Shown one piece after another: positions 38,450 to 46,492 of a stretch of 64,000 nt of DNA. The stretch's first letter is position 1. The number at the start of each line of letters is the position of its first letter. A program made the translations under genes and the position numbers. The stretch is from Marmoricola sp. (GTDB taxonomy: Bacteria; Actinomycetota; Actinomycetes; Propionibacteriales; Nocardioidaceae): assembly GCA_035699145.1 (NCBI GenBank), contig DASSBB010000076.1:18815-82814 (forward strand). Direction: 5' to 3'. The notes beneath the pieces were generated by a model that worked only from the letters and a program-made list of their open reading frames with translations, had not been told where the DNA came from and made no database searches.

Positions 38450-39379
38450 TCAACCGAGGTCGAGCGGGGTTCTCAGGCCGACGTCGCGCAGGAAGTCGAC
38501 GGCCACCTCGGCCTCGTCGTCACCTGCGGTGACCTCGGCGTTCATCGCGACCATGTCGCCCTCCGTGAGCTCGCGGTTCACCGCGTCGACCACGGCCATG
38601 AACGCGTCCGCGTCGATGCGGTCGAGCTTGTCCTCGCCGACGACCATGACGACGTTCTGCGACCCGAACAACAGCTCGGGATCGTCGAGGAGCACGTAGT
38701 CGCCGGTCCCGAGCTGCGGGTCGGTGGTGAATGCGTCGACCGCGTCGGCATCGCCGTCGTCGAGCGCTGCGTACTGCTCGCCGAGGGGGATCGGGGCGAA
38801 GTCGGCGTTCGTGAGTCCGTAGACGTCCCGGAGCCCCTCGAGGCCGAGGTGGAGGGTCTCGAACTCGGGGCGCGCGCCGAGGGTGAACGCGCCCACCTCG
38901 GCGAGGTCCGCGATCGTGGTGAGCTCGTGGGACCGGGCGTACTGATCCGTGGTCGCGATCGCATCCTTGTTCTGGAACGGCGTCATGCTGCTCATCACCA
39001 TGTCCTGACCGGCGTAGAACGCCTTGGCCCGGTCGTAGGTCTCCTGCGGGTCCAGGCCGGAGACGTCCTCGCCGGCGACGATCGACAGAACGGTGCCGGT
39101 GTAGGCGACGTATCCGTCGATCTCCCCGGCCTTGAGCGCCTCGTCAAGGTCTTCGGCCGGCCCGATCCCCTTGCGCAGGTCCACCGTGTAGCCGTTGACC
39201 GCGAGCGCCTGCCGCCACAGCTCGCCGAGGATCCGCGCCTCCGGGAACTCCTGGGTGCCCAGCGTCACGCGGAGCGAGGCTCCCTGGGGCTGCTGCGAGG
39301 CGCCGCGCTGCTCGGTCTCCCCGCAGGCGCCCAGAGCCAGGGCGACGGATGCCGCCAGCACCCAGATCGCGCGCCTCAC
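38450..39379 (-). CDS. Glycine betaine/osmoprotectant ABC-type substrate-binding lipoprotein (OpuAC/ProX-like)
   Basis: Has a lipoprotein signal MRRAIWVLAASVALALGAC and a substrate-binding fold length. It overlaps the BCCT gene stop by 4 nt. Confidence 0.7.
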   Translation of the reverse strand: MRRAIWVLAASVALALGACGETEQRGASQQPQGASLRVTLGTQEFPEARILGELWRQALAVNGYTVDLRKGIGPAEDLDEALKAGEIDGYVAYTGTVLSIVAGEDVSGLDPQETYDRAKAFYAGQDMVMSSMTPFQNKDAIATTDQYARSHELTTIADLAEVGAFTLGARPEFETLHLGLEGLRDVYGLTNADFAPIPLGEQYAALDDGDADAVDAFTTDPQLGTGDYVLLDDPELLFGSQNVVMVVGEDKLDRIDADAFMAVVDAVNRELTEGDMVAMNAEVTAGDDEAEVAVDFLRDVGLRTPLDLG

Positions 39380-40923
39380 GTCTCCCTCCCGCTCCGGCTG
39401 GGAACGGGCTCGACCGACGGATCGGGCACCCTCGTCTCCTCACGCAGGGCCTTGATCCAGCACCAGGCGACGCCGACCAGCACGAACGTGAAGGGAACGG
39501 CTCCGAGCACCGCCGCCTGCTGCAGCGCCACCAGCCCGCCGACCAGGAGCATGGCGCAGGCGATCCCGCCCATCAGCACGCCGAGGACCACCACCACGAG
39601 CTTCGACGGCGCCATGGAGCCTCGCGAGGCCATCGTCGCCATCACGACGCTGGCCGCGTCGGCGCCGCTGATGAAGAACAGCGCGATCAGCAGCACGCAG
39701 ACCAGCGAGCTCACCACGGGGAACGGCAGGACGTCCAGGGCGGTGAACAAGGACAGCTCCGGCGTCCCGAGCGATCCGACGATGTCGGCCCGGCCGCTGC
39801 GTTGCAGCTCGATGCCGGTGCCCCCGACCACCGCGAACCAGAGGAACCCGAAGCCGGTGGGCGCGGCGACGACGCCCAGCACGAACTCGCGGATCGTCCG
39901 ACCGCGGGAGATGCGAGCGACGAACATGCCGACGAAGGGTGCCCAGGAGATCCACCAGGCCCAGTAGAAGATCGTCCACCCCGCCATCCACTGCTCGTCT
40001 CCCACGCCGGTCTCCAGTGACATCGGCAGGACCTGCATGACGTAGTCGCCGATGGACTCGATGCCGTTGGAGATGACCACGACGGTGGAGCCCCCCACGG
40101 CCAGGAAGAACATGAACAGGACGATGGTCGCGAGGGCGCCCAGGTTCGCCAGGTAGTTGATCCCCTTCTCGACCCCCGAGGTGGCAGAGAGGAGGAACAT
40201 GCCGGTCACCGCGACGATGATCGCGACGGCGACGGCGTTGGACTTCGGTACGCCGAAGATGTAGTCCAGGCCGCTGTTGAGCTGGAGCCCGTTGAGCCCC
40301 AGTGCCGTGGCCGTGCCGAACAACGTGGCCACGATCGCCAGCGCGTCCACGACACGGCCGAGCGGCTTCTCGCTGGCGTCGGGACCCAGCAGCGGGGTGA
40401 AGGTCGCGCTGACGAGGGTGGGCAGCCCTTTGCGGTAGCTGAAGTAGGCCATCGCCCCGCCGATGACGGCGTACATCGCCCAGCCGTTGAACCCCCAGTG
40501 GAAGTAGGTGTACCGCAGGGCGACCAGTGCGGCCTCCTCGGTCCGAGGCTCGGCCAGGCCGTGCGGTGGCGCGGTCCAGTGGGAGACGGGCTCGGCGATG
40601 CCGTAGAAGAGCAGGCCGGCGCCGAGGCCGGCGGCGAACATCATGGACACCCACGAGAAGGTGCGGAACTGGGGGCGCGAGTCGTCGGGGCCGAGGCGGA
40701 TCCCGCCCCACGGGTGGATCACGAGGAAGATGCACAGCGCGAGGGCGCCGAACGCGATCAGCACGAAGGTCCACCCGAAGTTGCCGATGACCCAGGACAG
40801 GGTGGAGGACATCACGCTGCCGAGACTCTCCGGAGCGACGAGCCCCCAGCAGACGAAAGCGGCGATCAGCACCGCCGAGCCCCCGAAGACCGCGAGGTCT
40901 ACACCCTTGAGGTTGCGGTTCAC
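39376..40923 (-). CDS. BCCT family betaine/carnitine/choline transporter
   Basis: 515 aa. The BCCT signature is GWTIFYWAWWISWAPFVGMFVARISRGRTIREF. Confidence 0.9.
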   Translation of the reverse strand: MNRNLKGVDLAVFGGSAVLIAAFVCWGLVAPESLGSVMSSTLSWVIGNFGWTFVLIAFGALALCIFLVIHPWGGIRLGPDDSRPQFRTFSWVSMMFAAGLGAGLLFYGIAEPVSHWTAPPHGLAEPRTEEAALVALRYTYFHWGFNGWAMYAVIGGAMAYFSYRKGLPTLVSATFTPLLGPDASEKPLGRVVDALAIVATLFGTATALGLNGLQLNSGLDYIFGVPKSNAVAVAIIVAVTGMFLLSATSGVEKGINYLANLGALATIVLFMFFLAVGGSTVVVISNGIESIGDYVMQVLPMSLETGVGDEQWMAGWTIFYWAWWISWAPFVGMFVARISRGRTIREFVLGVVAAPTGFGFLWFAVVGGTGIELQRSGRADIVGSLGTPELSLFTALDVLPFPVVSSLVCVLLIALFFISGADAASVVMATMASRGSMAPSKLVVVVLGVLMGGIACAMLLVGGLVALQQAAVLGAVPFTFVLVGVAWCWIKALREETRVPDPSVEPVPSRSGRET

Positions 40924-40945
40924 GGCGCCTCCGAGGTCTGGATGT

Positions 40946-40968
40946 CCGGGACCGAGCTCGCGTCCCGG
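40946..40968 (-). terminator. Candidate terminator hairpin after the 1043-aa gene
   Basis: CCGGGAC-N9-GTCCCGG lies in the 105-nt gap between the large gene stop (41029) and the BCCT start. There is no U-tract. Confidence 0.3.
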
Positions 40969-41028
40969 CTCGGACCACGATGGGTGCCCAGGGGAACGGC
41001 TGTCAACGCACCGTCGGCCACCGCCGGC

Positions 41029-44000
41029 TCACGAGGGATCGTGCGGCGAGACCCAGATCGGGGAGGACCATGCCATCTCGCCGTCGACCAGGAAGAGCCG
41101 CGCGTAGTAGAACGCCGTGCGGTCGACCGGCGGCTCCGGGTCGGTCCAGGCGAGGTCGACCGAGCGGGTGCCGAGGCCGGTGAGCCCGCCGATGCCGGGC
41201 TGGAGCCGCAGGTGCCCCTGCGGGACGGGAACCTCGTGCACCGGCTGCTGCGTGAGCTCGGCGAGGCTGACGTCGAGCGCCGCGCCGTCGGTGCGGACGG
41301 AGAGACTCGCTTCCGGAGGCCCGACGACGGTGAGCTCCACGCCGCCGCGCTGCGAGCCGTAGGGCTCACCGAAGCTGTACGTCGTGCACGCCCAGGCGAC
41401 CTCGGACGCGGAGGCGTGGGTGACGTCCGGGCTCCAGAACGGCGTCTGCACGATCTCGCCGCCATGGACGGTGAGCCGCCCGTCCCACCTGGTCGTCTCG
41501 TCGGCACCGCCCCACTCCACCCGCAGGGCCACTGCGAGGTGCCCTGCGGGGATCGGATGACCTGGCTCGGTCTCGTGGACGACCTCGCCGTCGCGGAGCA
41601 GGTCGACCCTCGCCACCTCGGTGTAGCCCTCGGCGTGCACCGTGAACGTGCGGGGGCCGTCGTGGGTCACCTCCTCGCCGAGCAACGTCTCGCCGAGCCG
41701 CACGTCGAGGAGCACGTCGCGGGTGGTCGCGGCGAAGGTGCGGCGGCTGTGCAGCGCGTCGAAGATCGATGCCCGGTCCAGCGACGTTGCATAGGCGCCG
41801 ACATAGCTGGCTCCGTGCCCGTGGTCGGAGGAGGCGATGAACCCGAACCGGTGACCGCGCCGCAGACCGTCGAGCGTGAAGGTCCCCTCCCTGGTGGCAT
41901 CGGAGTACTGGCGGTAGGAGCCGAGCGCCTCGTAGTTGCCCCGGCAGGCCTGGAAGATCTCCACCAGGCGGCTGTAACGAGGGTGGTGGTAGTCCCAGTC
42001 GTTGTGGACCATGGCCGAGCCCGGGTGATGGGGAATCGTGATCGCGGGGAACTCCGGGTGCTGTTCCATCCGGTCCCACAGCCCGGCCGGGTCGGTCGTC
42101 CCCTCCGCGAACGCCGAGAAGATCGGCGCACCGCGTGCGACGTCGCCGTAGATGACGTTCTGGTGCCCGCTGTCGGCCGAGGTCCACTCGAACCCGTAGA
42201 GCGGCACGAAACGGTGGTCGATGTGGAACAGGTCCGCGATCTTCTGGATCGACCACCATTGGTGGTCCGACGAGTTCTCCGAGTGGTCCGTGACCGCCCA
42301 GAAGTCGTACTCGCAGACGTCCCAGGCATAGCGGTAGAAGTCCTCCAGCGACGGCTCGTCGCCCGACGTGCAGCGACTGACCAGCGAGTGCCGGTGCAGG
42401 TCGCCCCAGTAGACGGTCAGCTCCCGACCGCCGGACTTCATGACGTAGCGCCCGGGCTCCTGCGTCCGCGGCTCCGCCCACCTCCGGGCATCGGTGCGGT
42501 CACCGGAGTGCACCCGGGCGGTGCGGGTGCCCGTGAAGGCGGACGTGACGGCCGGACCAGCGCTGGTCGCCCGCCCGAGCACCACCGAACCCACCCCGTG
42601 GACCCCGTGCCACACCACCGAGCCGTGGTGCTCGTGCAGGTAGGGGCACTCACGTCCGCCGAACCCCTCGGTCCACTCGAGCGCCACCTGGAGCCGGGCA
42701 TCGGTCTGGGCGGCGACCACGGCACCGCCCGGCTCCGCGGCCAGGCTGATCTCCTCCAGCGTCCCGTCGCTGCCGCTGTACGTCGTGGGCGGCAGCCAGC
42801 CGCCGTCGCTGAGCACCTGGGTGGCGACCTCCCAGTAGTAGGTCATCAACGGCAGCCGTCGGTGGATCCGGTAGGCCACGACCAGCCCGCCGTCGTCGGT
42901 CGCGACCAGCTTGGGCAGCCCCGAGGGGACCACGTCCAGCCGCTCCGCGAGCTCACCCGGCGCCTCACGGACCCCGTCGTCGGTCACCGCCACCACCTGG
43001 ATGGACGCCCGGACGTCGGGAAGGAGCTCCGGCGGGACGCTCTCCCCGCCGGGCCGCATGCCGTCGAGGACCGCGGGATCGGCGCCGACCTCGGCTGACG
43101 GGCGGAGCTTGGTGGGGCCGCTGCCTCCGTGACCGTTGACCGTGATCAGGTCGAAGGCGCACCACAGCTGCTGGTCGCGGGTCACCGCGAGGTGCGGGTG
43201 CAGCGCGTAGTCGGTGCCGGAGGTGAGGTCCCGTGGCTCGCCCAGCCCTTCACCGGCGTCGCGGCGTCGCACCACGATGCGGTACGCACCGTCGACGTAC
43301 TCCGACCAGCCGTAGGCGGTGCCGCCGTCGGCGAAGGCGGCAACGGTGGGGTCCCACACGTTCGCCTCGACGCCCAGGCTGACCGTCTCGGTGGGCTGCC
43401 AGGCGCCGGCCGACCAGCGGCGGGAGTAGATCGCGAACCGGTCACCCTGCCGTCCCTGCCAGCACAGCTCGAGGCTGCCGTCGGCGTGCGCGACGGCCTC
43501 CTGGTTGAACGACGGGTGCTCGGTGTCCGACACCTGCTCCGGTGCTCCCCAGCCCTCGTTCGCGGACCACCGGGTGCCCCAGACCGCAACCCCTCCGGGG
43601 GTGCGGCGGCCGTAGAAGATCCAAGGCACGCCCTCCGCGGTGATCAGCGCGGTCGGGCGGTGGACGTCGGTGACCTCGCCCGAGACGACCGCGGGAACCG
43701 GCGACGTGCCGTCCCCGGTGTGGAGAACGGCACGGACGACGTCGCCCTCGTCGGGCAGCCACTCGACCCAGGCCACCAGGCGGATGCCGTTGTGGGCGGC
43801 GATGCTCGGCCGTGCGGCGTTGACCGACCCAGGCACCGGGGTCGTCGGCTCGCGGCCGTGCCCGTCGGGGCGCGGCGCCTGGTCGAGCACGAGGTGGGCG
43901 GCGGCGATGACCTCGGCGATGCGTCCCTTGCCCTCGTCGACCCACATGTAGCGCAACGGGTCGGGGTCGAGGAAGGACTCGACGGCGGTGACGTCGTGCC

Positions 44001-44157
44001 CCAGGTTGATCAGGTCGGACATCCGGCGGTTGAAGCCGAGCACCAGGTCGAGGTCGGCACGCTGTCGGGGGGTGTAGTCACCGCGATGGTGGTCGGGGCC
44101 ACCGCACACATGGTGGCCGGGGCGCACGTGGCTGTGCCCGAGGTGGCTCCGGTCCAT
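41029..44157 (-). CDS. Large hypothetical protein: His-rich N-terminus, beta-propeller-like repeat region, C-terminal PHP/DUF3604-like metallohydrolase domain
   Basis: C-terminal half motifs are YWGDLHRHS, AVTDHSE, FEWTS...GHQNVIY, IPHHPG, ASSDHGHG and terminal YYARLFLVDGEMAWSSPIWV. The N-terminal half has repeated W/G-rich beta-strand-like segments. ATG 44157 is chosen because third-position GC is low in the 12 codons upstream of it. No signal peptide is evident. Confidence 0.6.
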   Translation of the reverse strand: MDRSHLGHSHVRPGHHVCGGPDHHRGDYTPRQRADLDLVLGFNRRMSDLINLGHDVTAVESFLDPDPLRYMWVDEGKGRIAEVIAAAHLVLDQAPRPDGHGREPTTPVPGSVNAARPSIAAHNGIRLVAWVEWLPDEGDVVRAVLHTGDGTSPVPAVVSGEVTDVHRPTALITAEGVPWIFYGRRTPGGVAVWGTRWSANEGWGAPEQVSDTEHPSFNQEAVAHADGSLELCWQGRQGDRFAIYSRRWSAGAWQPTETVSLGVEANVWDPTVAAFADGGTAYGWSEYVDGAYRIVVRRRDAGEGLGEPRDLTSGTDYALHPHLAVTRDQQLWCAFDLITVNGHGGSGPTKLRPSAEVGADPAVLDGMRPGGESVPPELLPDVRASIQVVAVTDDGVREAPGELAERLDVVPSGLPKLVATDDGGLVVAYRIHRRLPLMTYYWEVATQVLSDGGWLPPTTYSGSDGTLEEISLAAEPGGAVVAAQTDARLQVALEWTEGFGGRECPYLHEHHGSVVWHGVHGVGSVVLGRATSAGPAVTSAFTGTRTARVHSGDRTDARRWAEPRTQEPGRYVMKSGGRELTVYWGDLHRHSLVSRCTSGDEPSLEDFYRYAWDVCEYDFWAVTDHSENSSDHQWWSIQKIADLFHIDHRFVPLYGFEWTSADSGHQNVIYGDVARGAPIFSAFAEGTTDPAGLWDRMEQHPEFPAITIPHHPGSAMVHNDWDYHHPRYSRLVEIFQACRGNYEALGSYRQYSDATREGTFTLDGLRRGHRFGFIASSDHGHGASYVGAYATSLDRASIFDALHSRRTFAATTRDVLLDVRLGETLLGEEVTHDGPRTFTVHAEGYTEVARVDLLRDGEVVHETEPGHPIPAGHLAVALRVEWGGADETTRWDGRLTVHGGEIVQTPFWSPDVTHASASEVAWACTTYSFGEPYGSQRGGVELTVVGPPEASLSVRTDGAALDVSLAELTQQPVHEVPVPQGHLRLQPGIGGLTGLGTRSVDLAWTDPEPPVDRTAFYYARLFLVDGEMAWSSPIWVSPHDPS

Positions 44158-44205
44158 CCGACGACCATAGTGTCCTGGCCATCCACGAGCCACGACCCGC
44201 GCGGT

Positions 44206-45036
44206 TCAGGGAGCGACGGCGTCCGCGAACGAGGTCGCCGGCCGGCCGAGCAGTCGCGGCACGTCGTCCGAGACGTGCTCGAGCTCGCCGTCCCGGATGG
44301 CGGTGTAGGTGCTGATCCAGGCGTCCACGAGCCAGTCGGGTGCGCCGTACCCCTCGCGGCTGCGGCGCGCCTCCTCGATCGTCTCGTCGACGAACCGGTG
44401 CGGACGGCCGGTGACACGCGTCAGCACGTCGGCGATCTCCGGGAGCGTCAGGGCCTCGGGGCCGGTGAGGTCGTACGACTGCCCGCTATGCGCCGCCGGT
44501 TCGCGGAGGACGAGCGCGGCCACCTCGGCGACGTCGCGCCGGGAGACGGCAGCGACCCTCCCCTCGCCGGCCGGTCCGCGGATGGCGCCGTCCTCCCCCG
44601 CGAACTCGGGAAAGACCTCGGCGTAGAAGTTGTCGCGCAGGAACGTGTGGTCCAGCCCCGAACGCTCGATGATCTGCTCGGTCGCTCCGTGGTCCCGCCC
44701 GAGCAGGAACCCGGAGGCGTCGCCGGCCCCGACGAAGGAGGTGTAGACGACGTGCCGGACGCCCGCCTCGACGGCGGCCTCGACGAGCGCGGCGTGGAGC
44801 TTCACCCGGTCCGCCGACTCGTGCGCCGACACCATGAGGAGGGTCCCGACGCCCCGCAACGCCTCGACGGTGCCGCTCCCGGCGTACTCCGCCCGGACCA
44901 CCTCGGCTCCCGGGAGCTCGGGAGCGCGGCGTGGCTCCCGCGCCAGCAGCCGGGTCGCGATGCCGTCGGCGGCGAGGAGCCGCGCGACGGCGCCCCCGAT
45001 GTGGCCGGTCGAGCCGGTGAGGGCAAGGGTCGTCAT
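44206..45036 (-). CDS. NmrA-like/SDR family NAD(P)-binding oxidoreductase
   Basis: ATG 45036. LALTGSTGHIGGAV is the Rossmann loop. 276 aa. Confidence 0.75.
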   Translation of the reverse strand: MTTLALTGSTGHIGGAVARLLAADGIATRLLAREPRRAPELPGAEVVRAEYAGSGTVEALRGVGTLLMVSAHESADRVKLHAALVEAAVEAGVRHVVYTSFVGAGDASGFLLGRDHGATEQIIERSGLDHTFLRDNFYAEVFPEFAGEDGAIRGPAGEGRVAAVSRRDVAEVAALVLREPAAHSGQSYDLTGPEALTLPEIADVLTRVTGRPHRFVDETIEEARRSREGYGAPDWLVDAWISTYTAIRDGELEHVSDDVPRLLGRPATSFADAVAP

Positions 45037-45073
45037 GCCGGCCCAACCACGTCGGCCGGTCCGGCATTCCTGG

Positions 45074-45502
45074 CTACAGGGCGGTGCCCGGGCCGAGCGG
45101 CGCTTCCCAGCCGGCCAGCCGCTCCGCGATCGCCTCGACCTCCGTCGCACGGCCCGCGGCGACGGCCATGGTGATGTCGAACAGCTCGTCGTCGGTGGCG
45201 GTCAGGCGCACGCCGTTCAGGGCGTAGAACAGGAGGGTCGCCGCGATGCCCACGCGCTTGTTCCCGTCCAGCAGTGGGTGGGAAGTCACGAGCGAGTGCA
45301 GCAGGGCGGCAGCCTTGCCAGCCAGTCCGGGGTAGGCCGGCGCGCCGAACAAGGTCGTCCGTGGCCGGGCGGCCGCGGCCATCAGCAACCCTGCGTCGCG
45401 GATGACGTGCCGGCCGCCGAGCTCCGTCTCGATGAGCACGAGCAAGTCCTCGTCGTCGAGGTGCTCGACGTCCTGAGGGTCAGGAGGTGCTCCGCCGCTC
45501 AC
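45074..45502 (-). CDS. doc: Doc (death-on-curing) family Fic-fold toxin
   Basis: 142 aa with the Doc variant of the Fic motif, HPLLDGNKRVG. The GTG start overlaps the upstream antitoxin stop (GTGA). Confidence 0.85.
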   Translation of the reverse strand: MSGGAPPDPQDVEHLDDEDLLVLIETELGGRHVIRDAGLLMAAAARPRTTLFGAPAYPGLAGKAAALLHSLVTSHPLLDGNKRVGIAATLLFYALNGVRLTATDDELFDITMAVAAGRATEVEAIAERLAGWEAPLGPGTAL

Positions 45503-45699
45503 GCGCGACCGAGCCGGTCGAGGAGGTCTCGCCGGTCGGTGCGGATGCGGGCGATCAGCTCGTCGCGACGGCGCGCCCGGCCCCGGGCCGCCTCGAGCAC
45601 GGCCTCCCGGACGAAGGCCTGCATGGACTTGCCCTCGCGCTCGGCGGCCTCACGGACCTCGGCGCTCTCCTCCTCGGTCAGTCGCAGCGTCATGGCCAT
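45499..45699 (-). CDS. Ribbon-helix-helix type antitoxin partner of Doc
   Basis: 66 aa, MAMTLRLTEEESAEVREAAEREGKSMQAFVREAVLEAA. This is a typical RHH beta-strand plus two helices. The start could also be ATG 45693. Confidence 0.7.
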   Translation of the reverse strand: MAMTLRLTEEESAEVREAAEREGKSMQAFVREAVLEAARGRARRRDELIARIRTDRRDLLDRLGRA

Positions 45700-45783
45700 G
45701 GAGCGACGATACCGCGTGATACCAGAGCGCACCATCGCTGTGCACCTCAGGTCGGCCGAGGTGTCCGGCGTTCCCGCCCTACC

Positions 45784-46386
45784 ATGGGCGCCATGACCGC
45801 CCCCGACCTCCCCGAGACCGACGGATCCGTGCTCCCCGAGGGCGGCTCGGTGCGCCCGATCACCCGCTGGGGCGAGCCGGTCATGCACCGTCCGCAGCGG
45901 CCGGTCACGGAGTTCGACGCCGAGCTGCGATCGCTCGTGGCCGACATGGTCGCGACGATGTACGCCGCCGACGGGGTCGGCCTCGCCGCCTGCCAGGTCG
46001 GCGTGGACCTCTCGGTCTTCGTCTTCGACTGCCCCGACGAGGGCGGCACGATGGTCAAGGGGGTCGTGTGCAACCCGACGCTCGTCCTCCCGGAGGGCAA
46101 GGAGCGGCGGCTCGACTCCGACGACGAGGGGTGCCTGTCGTTCCCCGGAGCGTTCGTGGAGTGCCCCCGCCCCGACCGCGCCGAGGTGCACGGCCAGGGG
46201 GTCGACGGCTCCGCCGTCCACGTCGTCGGGACCGGCCTCCTGGCACGGTGCCTCCAGCACGAGACCGACCACTGCCACGGCACCGTCTTCGGCGATCGGC
46301 TCAGCCGGCGTACCTACAAGAGGCTCCAGAAGCAGCACGACGCGGCGACCGAGGAGTACCCCCACGACTGGCCCACCCCCCGTTGA
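45784..46386 (+). CDS. def: Peptide deformylase
   Basis: Carries GVGLAACQ, EGCLSFPG and QHETDH, the three Def motifs. An alternative ATG lies at 45793. Confidence 0.9.
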   Translation: MGAMTAPDLPETDGSVLPEGGSVRPITRWGEPVMHRPQRPVTEFDAELRSLVADMVATMYAADGVGLAACQVGVDLSVFVFDCPDEGGTMVKGVVCNPTLVLPEGKERRLDSDDEGCLSFPGAFVECPRPDRAEVHGQGVDGSAVHVVGTGLLARCLQHETDHCHGTVFGDRLSRRTYKRLQKQHDAATEEYPHDWPTPR

Positions 46387-46476
46387 GCCGCCCCTCGTGC
46401 TGGGCCGAGCCGCCCCTCGTGCAGCAATGAACCGCCCCTCGTGCCGGTCCAGGACCAGCACGAGGGGCGGCTCAAC
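46382..46476. repeat. Cluster of the 22-bp repeat family: 3 direct units plus 1 inverted unit
   Basis: The direct units are 46382-46403 GTTGAGCCGCCCCTCGTGCTGG, 46404-46425 GCCGAGCCGCCCCTCGTGCAGC and 46426-46447 AATGAACCGCCCCTCGTGCCGG. After a 7-nt spacer comes the inverted unit CCAGCACGAGGGGCGGCTCAAC at 46455-46476. The last two units form a 13-bp perfect stem (CCGCCCCTCGTGC/GCACGAGGGGCGG) between convergent genes. The def stop TGA lies inside unit 1. Confidence 0.95.
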
Positions 46477-46492
46477 TGTGTGAGGAGGTCGT

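Noticed and set aside
44158-44193. A 12-codon N-terminal extension (GTG 44193) on the 1043-aa protein.
   Set aside because: Codons in this stretch are mostly A/T-ending (gct, cgt, gga, cca, tat, ggt), unlike the strongly GC3-biased sequence from ATG 44157 onward.
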